From positions 26,516 through 50,957 of the forward strand of contig NIVC01002887.1 of NCBI GenBank assembly GCA_002269645.1: DNA of 24,442 nucleotides, read 5' to 3'. This document shows, in pieces, positions 9,169 through 19,628 of this stretch (positions are counted from its first letter, which is position 1; each line of letters opens with the position of its first letter). The DNA is from Macrostomum lignano (lineage: Eukaryota). The notes under the pieces were generated by a model, which made no database searches, was not told the origin of the DNA, and saw only the letters and a list, made by a program, of their open reading frames with translations. The translations under genes were made by a program, and so were the position numbers.

Positions 9169-9573
9169 GCTGATAGGCTTGTCGTAGGAGAAAGTATGAG
9201 TAAGAAAGTAATTAATAATCGAGAAAGGTAGTCTTTGAGTAATATATTTAGGATTTTATTGGGACGCCGAGCATAAAATTGTGACAGTAAAAGCTTGACG
9301 CTAGAAGGCAACGATCAAAAGCTATTTATGTAATCAAAGAAAAGTTTTAAAATGTTTAACAAGCTTTTTAGTTAAGAAATTGTTGGTGTCCAATTTTACA
9401 TTTCTGTGCAATGAAAATTTCGAATGAAATACAAGTGAAGGCGCCATTAGTTAATTTTGCACACAGAGTGAAGTGAATCAACCTGTGAGATGCCAAATCA
9501 TATTGTTTAATTACTGCATAACTCTTGTGGTTTTTTATCAAACCGTTTTTTTAACATAAAGCTCATTTCCTCG

Positions 9574-10292
9574 GAACTCATCTCCCCTGAACTCATCTCG
9601 CCTGAACTCATCTCGCCTGAACTCATCTCGCCTGAACTCATCTCGCCTGAACTCAGCTCCCCTGAACTCATCTCCCCTGAACTCATCTCCCTTGAACTCA
9701 TCTCCCCTGAACTCATCTCCCTGAACTCATCTCACCTGAACTCATCTCCCCTGAACTCATCTCCCCTGAACTCATCTCCCCTGAACTCATCTACCCTGAA
9801 CTCATCTCACCTGAACTCATCTACCTTGAACTCATCTCACCTGAACTCATCTCCCTTGAACTCATCTCCCCTGAACTCATCTCCCCTGAACTCATCTACC
9901 CTGAAATCATCTACCCTGAACTCATCTCCCTGAACTCATCTCCCCTGAACTCATTCCCCTGAACTTATCTCCCTGAACTCATCTCCCTGAACTCATCTCC
10001 CCTGAACTCATCTCCCCTGAACTCATCTCCCCTGAACTCATCTCCCCTGAACTCATCTCCCTGAACTCAGCTCCCCTGAACTCATCTCCCCTGAACTCAT
10101 CTCCCCTGAACTCATCTCACCTGAACTCATCTCACCTGAACTCATCTCACCTGAACTTATCTCCCCTGAACTCATCTCCCCTGAACTCATCTCACCTGAA
10201 CTCATCTCCCCTGAACTCATCTACCCTGAAATCATCTACCCTGAACTCATCTCACCTGAACTCATCTCACCTGAACTCATCTACCCTAAACT
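9574..10292. repeat. 15-bp minisatellite CCTGAACTCATCTCC and variants, about 48 copies, just downstream of the PRODH-family stop
   Basis: Direct periodicity. The minus frame gives MSSGE repeats. Confidence 0.96.
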
Positions 10293-10327
10293 CGCCATCA
10301 ACGCCTGTGAAGTCGTCACCCACCCAC

Positions 10328-10741
10328 CTAAGCCCGACCAGCCCGCAGCGCGGCTCTCAGCACAGATTTCTCCTCCCGCACCCCATCGAATATGAGCTTG
10401 TTCTCGTTGGCCCTGCGCACCAAATACAGCAGAGTTTCGTCCACGCTGCCGTACGGAATGGACTTGTACACCTGGTAACCAGACTGGGCTAGCGGAACCG
10501 AGATGTAGTCTGCCATGCCGTACAGTTGGCCGAACGACACAGCGCCGCTTTCTGGCGATATGCAACGCCTACGCATGCCGTCCAAGCACAGACTGATGCT
10601 GTTCGAATTCTGCGTTGCCAGGATCACTTCGTGACGGCTGGAGTTGCTGCCCTCGGTTACTATGCGATCTAGGGCGATTGAGACTGCTCGGTTGTACGAA
10701 CAGTTAGTCTCTTCGAGGCTGCTCCAGACTCGACTGCGACC
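10328..10741 (-). CDS. PRODH2: Hydroxyproline/proline dehydrogenase (PRODH2-like), exon 3 (last coding exon)
   Basis: Acceptor ctgcag|GGT at 10742/10741, phase 0. Motifs SYNR, FGQLYGM, YKSIPYGS, YLVRRANEN. TAG at 10330-10328. The acceptor choice is supported by motif spacing relative to human PRODH2. Confidence 0.85.
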   Translation of the reverse strand, partial: GRSRVWSSLEETNCSYNRAVSIALDRIVTEGSNSSRHEVILATQNSNSISLCLDGMRRRCISPESGAVSFGQLYGMADYISVPLAQSGYQVYKSIPYGSVDETLLYLVRRANENKLIFDGVREEKSVLRAALRAGRA

Positions 10742-10784
10742 CTGCAGTTTGAGATTATAGTAACTGCTGCAGGGAGTGGGCCAC

Positions 10785-11080
10785 AAACAACCGGTGTCAA
10801 GATCGGATTGGGTCATAGACAACCGGTGTCGAGGAATCGGATTGGGCCATACAAAACCGGTGTCGGGGATCGGATTGGGCCATAGATAACCTGAGTCAGA
10901 GGATCAGATTGGGCCATAGACGGATCAGATTGGGCCATAGACAACCTGAGTCAGGGGATCAGATTAGGCCATAGACAACCGGTGTCGGGGAATCGGATTG
11001 GCCCATAGAAAACCGGTGTCGGGGATCGGATTGGGCCACAGACAGCCTGTGTCAGAGGATCAAATTGGGCCATAGACAAG
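10785..11080. repeat. ~33-bp degenerate minisatellite GACAACCGGTGTCGGGGATCGGATTGGGCCATA, about 9 copies, filling intron 2
   Basis: Direct periodicity with substitutions and one truncated unit. Confidence 0.9.
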
Positions 11081-11122
11081 CTGTCACAGGCAAGTCTCCA
11101 ATGTAATTGGCATATCACTAAC

Positions 11123-11719
11123 CCCGTTGATCTCGGCTCCTTGACCGTTCTCCCAGTGCAAATAGGCTCCACGAACAATTTTCGCGCCGGCTCTAACGCC
11201 GCGCCGACTAGTCGACAGAAGAAGATCCATGTGCCAGTTGTAGGTGTCGATGGTGTCTCTTAGATAGCACTGGTAGGTGTTAAACACCATGCAATAATCC
11301 TCGGCATTGTACACCGTGGCCAGAGCCAGATAAAACAGCGAAATCCCAGGATTAATATGGCTGTACTCGGCATCGATCAAAATCTGCACGGAATGTCGTT
11401 TGGCCGCGTCGAAAACTCGACGAGTTCGAACGACTGCGGCTAGAAGCTGGTCGGAGAGGCGACCAGCGTCCGAGGCGGCTGGTAGGAGCCGGCGAAGCAG
11501 ATCCTGCTGCTGCTGTCGGGACTTTGTGGAGCACGGCGTGTCAGGAACCGCCAGCTGCAGTAGCTGCGACAGCACCTCGGAGGCGGCGTCGGCCACTGCC
11601 AGATCGCCGTGCAGTGTAGCCAGCTTCTGAAGCAGCGACGTCGGCATCAGAGAGGTCAGCTTCAGCTGCATCTTCGGCCGGTTGCTGTTCAGCTGGGCCG
11701 ACAGTTCCACGGCCCGCAC
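11123..11719 (-). CDS. PRODH2: PRODH2-like, exon 2
   Basis: Acceptor ccccacag|GTG at 11720/11719 and donor GGG|gttagt at 11123/11122. 597 nt, phase 0/0. Motifs MQLKLTSL, LIDAEY, NTYQCYLRD, KIVRGAY. Confidence 0.88.
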
Positions 11720-11729
11720 CTGTGGGGTC

Positions 11730-11880
11730 CGGTGTGATCGTGATCTTGTGACTGTGAGTGTGATCGTGTGACTAGGTGTGATCTTGTGACTGTGAGTGTG
11801 ATCGTGTGACTAAGTGTGATTGTATCGCTGAGTGAATGTACAACTGTGATTGCGTGACTGAGTGTGATCGTGTGACGTTA
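11730..11880. repeat. Degenerate GTGTGATCGTGTGACT-type short tandem repeat near the intron 1 acceptor
   Basis: Recurrent TGTGATC(G/T)TGTGACT motifs. Confidence 0.75.
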
Positions 11881-11923
11881 GTGTAATTGAAAAATGCAAT
11901 CGTGTGATCGTGTAACTATGATA

Positions 11924-12262
11924 GTGTGTCTGTGAATGTAGTGGTGTGTCTGTGAGTGTAATGTTGTGTCTGTGAGTGTAATGTTGTGTCTGTGAGTGTA
12001 ATGTTGTGTCTGTGAGTGTAATGTTGTGTCTGTGAATGTAATGGTATGTCTGTGAATGTAATGGTGTGTCTGTGAGTGTAATGGTGTGTCTGTGAATGTA
12101 ATGGTGTGTCTGTGAATGTAATGGTGTGTCTGTAAGTGTAATGGTGTGTCTGTGGGTGTAATGGTGTGTCTGTGAGTGTAATGTTGTGTCTGTAAGTGTA
12201 ATGGTGTGTCTGTGAGTGTAATATTGTGTCTGTGAATGTAGTGGTGTGTCTGTGAGTGGTAT
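11924..12262. repeat. 20-bp minisatellite TGTGAGTGTAATG(T/G)TGTGTC, about 17 copies, in intron 1
   Basis: Direct periodicity. Confidence 0.93.
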
Positions 12263-12807
12263 TGGTGTGACTTTGAGTAGGACAATGTAACTATTAGTAT
12301 GATAGTGTGACTGGAGTGTTATAATAGGACCGTGATGTGATGATGTGACTGTGAGTCAGATATTGTGACTGGGAAAGCGATAAGGACTGCGTGATCAAAT
12401 ATTATGAATGCACTTCACTTGTCCCTCCTTTCCTTATAGGATTATTATCACATAATTATATTATGACTGAAAATGTGCCACGAGCGGGTTTGAATTAGGA
12501 TATAGATAAATTTACTGGCTTAACCTAATAAGCCCTCCACTGGCTAGGATAATTCACGAATCGCAATTACTGGCTAGCTAAATTATCGCAGTCATCGATC
12601 TTAGCGATCTTAGCCTGTCACGCTCCTTAGCCAGCTGATAAGAGAACAAGAAATAAAGAGAAAATGCGGTCTGGAAGAATGTTGGGCAACTCTTGTAAAA
12701 GTACAAGCCACTGACCAGGGGAGCACTCTGACCCCATTTTTAAGAAAATATTCCACAGATAATAGAAGTTTATGAATTTTAGATTGTACGCTTTAAAAAG
12801 AATCTCG

Positions 12808-13080
12808 ACCCACCTCACTCCCGACATCCACCTCACTCCCGACATCCACCTCACTCCCGACATCCACCTCACTCCCGACATCCACCTCACTCCCGACACC
12901 CACCTCACTCCTGACATCCACCTCACTCCCGACCACCCCGCTACTGACACCCACCTCACTCCCAACATCCACCTCACTCCTGACATCCACCTCAGTCCCA
13001 ACACCCACCGCTACTGACACCCACCTCACTCCCGACATCCACCTCACTCCTGACATCCACCTCACTCCCGACACCCACCA
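12808..13080. repeat. 18-bp minisatellite CCACCTCACTCCCGACAT, about 14 copies, beginning about 8 nt inside the intron 1 donor
   Basis: Direct periodicity (LTPDIH repeats). Confidence 0.93.
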
Positions 13081-13088
13081 ATTTTCAC

Positions 13089-13724
13089 CTGCTTGGCTGT
13101 GTTCTCTTCGTACAGGCGCGTCAACTCCTCATCTGAAAGTTTTCTCATCGGCTCCTCCATTGGCACGGCGATCATTGGCCGGAGTCCTTGGCGCCGTTGC
13201 GCCTCGGCTGTCTGGCGCAGCTCAGCTTCAGTGGCGCCGCCTACAAACTGGCCGAAGAAGCTGCGCCTCATCAGGGCGTCGAAGCAGCGTTGGCCCAGCA
13301 GGCGCCGGCCCAGGCGCATCCACAGAAGCGCCCGGCTTACGAACAGATCGATTGAGCACAAGTGCAGGACGGCTAAGGCGCGGATTAACTCTGCTCTAGT
13401 CTTGCTGGCCTGCACCGCCCGATAATCCAGGAAATTGATGTCACTTTTGGCGTCTCTGGCATTACTGCTAGATGTACTTTTCGTGCCCATTGAAAGGCAT
13501 TTTCTACTTTCGATTGCGGTGAATATGACGTCATTGGGTGGTTCGTTAAAAATTTTAGTTCCAATCGTACTTCCGGTTGAGCCGATGCCAGCTGGTCCAC
13601 TTCCGGTTACAATTCCGGTTATAGGTAGCTGTCCAGCATCGGTCCTGGGTTCGATTCCAACGCAGAGCAGACGAGCGGAGACCAGTCGTTGGAGAGCAAA
13701 TTTTGGAAGTCCGCGTAGCAACAT
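13089..13724 (-). CDS. PRODH2: PRODH2-like, exon 1 (mitochondrial presequence-like N-terminus); the spliced product is about 548 aa
   Basis: ATG 13724. Arg-rich, acid-free N-terminus. ELIRALAVLHLC...LLGQRCF..LMRRSFFGQFVGG and LRPMIAVPMEE match the PRODH family. Donor CAG|gtgaaa at 13089/13088; 636 nt, phase 0. Confidence 0.88.
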
Positions 13725-13942
13725 CCGACTGCTTCAGTCAGGTGAGATCTTGAATTGGAATGCGGTCGGCGATACGTGAGTGTAGTTGTGTGAGCATCGT
13801 CTCATTTTGTGGTCCTTGGTCTGAGTGTGTGATCGGGGATCTCTGAGAATGTAGTCCTGAATGTCTGGAAATACTGTCCTGAGTGTCTGGGAATGCTGTC
13901 CTGAGTCTAGCTCGTATGAGGGTGTAACCCCAAATAAAGAAA

Positions 13943-14042
13943 GGGTGTGGCCTCACTAACAGGAGGGTGTGGCCTCACTAACATGAGGGTGTGGCCTCAC
14001 TAACAGGAGGGTGTGGCCTCACTAACAGGAGGGTGTGGCCTC
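13943..14042. repeat. 22-bp repeat GGAGGGTGTGGCCTCACTAACA, about 4.5 copies, in the PRODH2-ENaC intergenic region
   Basis: Direct periodicity. Confidence 0.9.
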
Positions 14043-15060
14043 GAGTATCTGAGGCCACGATCCTATTCTACGGAACCAAAACAAAAAAGAGAAACAGAGA
14101 CAAGTCTTACCTCAGTTCAAGTTCGCAAGCACCCAAAATCTCGGGAATTGGCAGAGAGGACTGTGTACGAGCTATATATATATATAAATACACACTGTAA
14201 AATGGCAAGCAGCTCTTTTCGTTAAACATTGCCAAACCAGTTTATCCAGAGGGTCGTGAGAAGCCAGCAGATTCTATCAGAGTTTCGGTGAAGCAATAAC
14301 AGAAACCAGTTTTGTCAATGGAAAGCAGCTAGTGGCTTTAGAGAGGAATGACAATATTTAATCTGGATTAACGCCTGATTATCAAAATTTCTACTACTAA
14401 ATGTTGTTCAGGAGTGCGGCGGATAAATCCAGTTTAACCCGAATATGTGAAATATGCCTATTTCATTCGACCGCTAAAAGTTCAATTTAGCGGTTATTTT
14501 TAATTGGAAAGCTTGCAAGTTGACTGAATTTTGTGGGCCATAACTGAAAATAGAATAATTTATAATTCAATGGCAAACAACCTGACCGTCAGTTCGCCAC
14601 TTTTACCCGCTGTGGGAGGCCAACAAAGAAAGAAAACACTCTACCAGCAGGAAGTCTTGTACAGATACTGCTGTTAGTTTCTTAGAAATTAAGACATCTT
14701 AAGCAGAAAAGCACCGACCCTGATATAAAGCATGCTGACTCAACATACTGGTATCGGCATCCTGCGAACCTTTGCATCTTAGAATTCCGCATTGATCAGA
14801 GGCATCTCAGTAACTCCACATTGAGCCATGGTTTAACACTAACTTCTTACCCTAACCCTGACCAATCATCCCTAACCCTGACCAGAATCTAGAGTCTAGA
14901 GTCTAGTAGAAATCCCAACCCAGACATCAGTCGCTAAGAGCCAGTTGTCATCCAATGAGAGCTCGAGCAGGCCGACTGAATTGAGAAGCCGAAGAGATTC
15001 TTATCAGCACGACAGGAGCCGCAGGGCGCTGGCGTATGGAACGGACTCAGCGAACTCGCC

Positions 15061-17346
15061 ATGCACGGCAGAGACCGACAGCTGGCCGCAGCTGCAGCCG
15101 CCCTACTGGCCCGGTCTCGAGGCGTGGCCAACCTGGCCGGCACTCGTCAAGGAGGCTCCGCCACCAGCTCGGCCAGCGAAGGCCCCCGAGCCACCATGCG
15201 CGGCGCTTTCATGTACGTCGGCCGGTTCGCCGACCACACCAGCATGCACGCAGTGGCGCAGCTGTTCAGAGCGGACAGCTACAGCAGGCGGCTGTTCTGG
15301 CTGGCTCTGGCCTGCCTGACCACAGCTGCCGGCTGCCTGCACGCCTACCTCACCGTCAAGCAGTTCAACACGACGCCTGTGAACACTCTGATACTCAATC
15401 AGGGCGTGGACACTCTGTTCCCGGATGTGACCCTCTGCAACCTGCGCCCGATGCCCGCCGCCCTGATGCACTACAACACGCCAGCCAGAGCTGAAGCCGA
15501 GGCTGGCATGGCCGACCTGCTGGCCAGGCTGAGGCCGATCTACGCCAAGCAGTACTCCGGCCGGCCCAGAAAGCTGGCCGACTTGTTAAGCTCGCACGAC
15601 TACTTCAACTGGTACCAGTTCCTGCAGCACTACTGGGCCAGCCGGCCCACAGCTCAGCTGGGCTACAACCTCAGCCTGGGCCTGGTCGGCTGTCTCTACA
15701 AAAAGGCGCGCTGCAAGTGGACAGATTTCCATCTGGTGCAGAGCTCGCACCATTGGAACTGTTGGAGCTTCCGGCCGAAGGACCGCAGCGTCCAGGGCAA
15801 CGGGCCGGGCGACGGGCTAGACGTGATCTTGTACACCAGCAGCATGCCGAGGGACCAGGTGTCGGCGACCGGCGACTATCACGTGATCTACCCGCCCAGG
15901 GTGAACCGGACGGTGCTGGAGCAGCTGGGCACCGTGTTCGGCAAGGCCGGCATGCAGACGTCCAACGGGGTTCGAGTCCTGCTGCACGAGCCGGACACCT
16001 ACCCGCACCTGTACTGGGAGGGCGTCGACGTTGGCAACGGCTGGAGCTCGGACATCCGGTTTCGAATGACCCGCAATCTGTACGTGAACCGCAGCAGGCA
16101 CCGCTGCGTTGAGGACTACGGCCGGGTGTCCTACTGGGTGTCCGAGCCGGACACTCGCCGGGTGTTCAAGCGGCGCCTGAAGGATTGCGTGGTTCAACTG
16201 TGGCAGGCGCGGCTGCGGGCGGACTGCTCCTGCGAGTCCACCTTCCTGCCCACCGGCAACCGGAGCAACCTGTGCCACCGGGTGGCCGACGGCGGAACCG
16301 GGCGGCGGAACTACAGCGGCTGGAAGGCGGCCCAGCTGCAGCGATTCAACCGGGTTGAAGGCGCCGTGCGGACGAAAATGTCCGACAGTTTCGTGGCCGA
16401 GTGCTCCCGGCTGCAGGCCTGCCAGCGCGACGAGTTCAGCTACGCAAGCGCCGGGGTGCCCTGGCCGTCGCCATCCGACCTGGAGGCCTTCGTGCACACC
16501 TTCATCGTGTCCGGCGGCCAGCGGCCAGGCGGCAGGCGGTTGGGCGAGCTCGGGCTGCTCGATCTGATTCTGGCTGACAGCGATGCCGGCGGCGGCAGCG
16601 CGCACAGTCCGTGGAACATCAGCCTACGCTTTGTGCGCGAGAACTTCGTCAAGGTGCACGTGTACGCCGAGAATTCGAAGGGCACCATGATGCGCGAGTC
16701 GCCGTCCTACACCCTGGTCGAAGTGCTCTCTGAACTCGGCGGCATCTTCGGCCTGTGGGCCGGAATGTCTCTCGTGACCTTCGTTGAACTGTTCGACTTC
16801 TTCGTTACCTTCGTAGTCAAGTGCGTCCAAGGCGTGACGCTTCATCTGAGTCGTCGCGATCGGTTGGAGGAGCGGCGGCGGCGACGGCAAAACGGCGGCG
16901 GCTTGGCGGCGACGTCGGCATTTGTGGCAGCCGCTGCAGCAGCCGCCGCCGCCGCCACCGCGGCAGCCTCTGGAGGCGGCGGCGGAGCGGCAAAGCACAA
17001 CGACCAGCCGCGCCAGCAGCCAGCTGACATCGCCATGATGGACGCTGACGACGCCGAGGAAGACGACAGCGCCGCCGGCCTCGGCGAAGAGATGCAGCTG
17101 ATGCGAGTTCTCCGATGCGGCCGGGTGGCAGGGGCGGACGGCTTCAGCCAGCCTGGCGAGTTCTGCCCCCGGCCGAGGTCTGACGCCCTCCCGCCCCGGT
17201 TTCCACTGCATCAACCGAAGCCCGCACAGATTTTTTGCATTTTGGATCCCAGGAAGAAAAATGCATCCGAGATTTTTGCTTTCATTTCCCCTCACTGTCG
17301 ATGCTTCAGACCGATAATACAGGAATGCAAATTGCGCGGGAGATAA
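15061..17346 (+). CDS. DEG/ENaC (amiloride-sensitive, ASIC/FaNaC/ENaC superfamily) channel subunit, intronless, 761 aa
   Basis: FADHTSMH pre-TM1, TM1 RLFWLALACL, FPDVTLCN, NCWSF, GPGDGLDVIL, GVRVLLHEPDTYP, Cys-rich thumb (DC..CSC..C), TM2 LSELGGIFGLWAGMSLVTFVEL with a GxS filter. First in-frame ATG has gccATG context. The exact C-terminus is less certain. Confidence 0.92.
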   Translation: MHGRDRQLAAAAAALLARSRGVANLAGTRQGGSATSSASEGPRATMRGAFMYVGRFADHTSMHAVAQLFRADSYSRRLFWLALACLTTAAGCLHAYLTVKQFNTTPVNTLILNQGVDTLFPDVTLCNLRPMPAALMHYNTPARAEAEAGMADLLARLRPIYAKQYSGRPRKLADLLSSHDYFNWYQFLQHYWASRPTAQLGYNLSLGLVGCLYKKARCKWTDFHLVQSSHHWNCWSFRPKDRSVQGNGPGDGLDVILYTSSMPRDQVSATGDYHVIYPPRVNRTVLEQLGTVFGKAGMQTSNGVRVLLHEPDTYPHLYWEGVDVGNGWSSDIRFRMTRNLYVNRSRHRCVEDYGRVSYWVSEPDTRRVFKRRLKDCVVQLWQARLRADCSCESTFLPTGNRSNLCHRVADGGTGRRNYSGWKAAQLQRFNRVEGAVRTKMSDSFVAECSRLQACQRDEFSYASAGVPWPSPSDLEAFVHTFIVSGGQRPGGRRLGELGLLDLILADSDAGGGSAHSPWNISLRFVRENFVKVHVYAENSKGTMMRESPSYTLVEVLSELGGIFGLWAGMSLVTFVELFDFFVTFVVKCVQGVTLHLSRRDRLEERRRRRQNGGGLAATSAFVAAAAAAAAAATAAASGGGGGAAKHNDQPRQQPADIAMMDADDAEEDDSAAGLGEEMQLMRVLRCGRVAGADGFSQPGEFCPRPRSDALPPRFPLHQPKPAQIFCILDPRKKNASEIFAFISPHCRCFRPIIQECKLRGR

Positions 17347-17445
17347 GAATAGCGACACCGAGGCGCGGTAGAGATGGCTTTTTTGTTGGTGCACTGATCA
17401 GTCTGGGGAATTGGGAATGCAGGATGGACTGAATCTCTTCTCTTA

Positions 17446-18144
<699 letters not shown>

Positions 18145-18637
18145 CCCTGTGTCTGTCCGTCTCTCCAATAAAGCTCACGCAGCCAATCGGTGCCCGCAGC
18201 CGCATGAAGAGCAAAAGAGAATTAATTAAAGAGGAATTACTGCTTTTATCATTCTTTTGCCGCCAAGTCTGAGAAAAGTCCCAAGGGATATTCTCACAGT
18301 GTGGCAGAAAATAGGTTGATGGAGCAGACCGTCCCTGAGTCCCAATGGACATGCTTCTTCTACGCACATTAGTTCTTAGTGATCGCCTGCGAATGTGCAA
18401 AGTGCAATTCTGTCATGAAAATTGAATAAGATTAAGACTGTTTTCTGACCACATTTCTGATTCTAAAGGTTTCTATTTTGTAATAAACTGGCTTGGAAAT
18501 GCCTTTGAAAGATTTTCAAATGTTATTTATAGTCTATTTGGAAAAGACAGAATTAACGTAAACAAGATCAATGATTAAAGTTTATGAAAATTTCATCAAT
18601 TTAACCACTAGTTTGATCAGGGATTTGATAATTACGT

Positions 18638-19060
18638 GTCAGGAATGTAGAGGTGGGTCAGGAATGTAGTGATGAGGTGGATCAGGAATGTAGTGATGAG
18701 GTGGATCAGGAATGTAGTGATGAGGTGGGTCAGGAATGTAGTGATGAGGTGGATCAGGAATGTAGTGATGAGGTGGATCAGGAATGTAGTGATGAGGTGG
18801 GTCAGGAATGTAGTGATGAGGTGGATCAGGAATGTAGTGATGAGGTGGATCAGGAATGTAGTGATGAGGTGGATCAGGAATGTAGTGATGAGGTGGATCA
18901 GGAATGTAGTGATGAGGTGGGTCAGGAATGTAGTGATTGGCTGGGTCAGGAATGTAGTGATTGGCTGGGTCAGGAATGTAGTGATGAGGTGGGTCAGGAA
19001 TGTAGTGATTGGCTGGGTCAGGAATGTAGTGATGAGGTGGTTCAGGAATGTAGTGATGAG
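18638..19060. repeat. 24-bp minisatellite GGATCAGGAATGTAGTGATGAGGT, about 17 copies
   Basis: Direct periodicity (DQECSDEV repeats). Confidence 0.96.
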
Positions 19061-19144
19061 ATGATGATGATGAGAAATCAAGGATGAGTTCAAAAGTTCA
19101 TATGGACTCTGATCCCTCTCACTCTGCACTCGCTCACCCTGCAG

Positions 19145-19469
19145 TGCACGGTACAAGCTGCTTCAGTTCTCATATTTCACTTGAAACTGCTCACTCGATT
19201 TGGCACTTTTGCTTTGGACCAAAATCTTCCAATACGAGAGAGATATATTGCTGCCGGAGCTGGCGGAGTCCCGCGAGTTTCTGGGTGAGGGATACGGCGG
19301 GACGAGGGGATTAACTGGGGAATTGCCCGGCAAAGAGCTCTTGGGCAATCAATAAAAGCAGTCTCAGAAACTGCTGGCCCGAAATTAACATTCATAATTT
19401 TCCTTTCCCGTAGCAGCCATATCTGCCCAGTGCAAGAAGGCCGGCGACCCAGCTGAAGATAAAATATAA
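19145..19469 (+). other. Candidate pair of exons (19145-19284 and 19414-19469) of an unidentified gene or pseudogene
   Basis: Splice-like sites ccctgcag|, |gtgagg and tttcccgtag|. One spliced frame reads as protein but contains a TGA at 19182-19184. No homology recognised. Confidence 0.3.
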
Positions 19470-19628
19470 TTGCTAAAGAGAGTTCGGGCAAGGGTGGAGG
19501 GCGGTGACCAGACAGCTCCGTAAACTTCACATTCAGACAACATTTAGGCTGATTGCAGTTTTTCCTGTTTTCAAACCAGACATCAGAAAGTTGAAAACCT
19601 TTTGTTTTAATGGTTTAAAACCAGCCTA

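Noticed and set aside
14845-14882. CCCTAACCCT telomere-like motifs
   Set aside because: Only two short, interrupted occurrences; not an interstitial telomeric array.
15103-17394. Long antisense and alternate-frame ORFs over the ENaC, lectin and PRODH2 CDS
   Set aside because: Expected by-product of GC3-rich coding sequence; no recognisable motifs.
18632-19156. DQECSDEV and other repeat ORFs, plus SVCL ORFs at 17411-18272
   Set aside because: Translations of minisatellite and microsatellite frames.
19182-19184. In-frame TGA as selenocysteine
   Set aside because: No CxxU/UxxC context, and the downstream GTGA…AAA…TGA segment does not form a SECIS stem.
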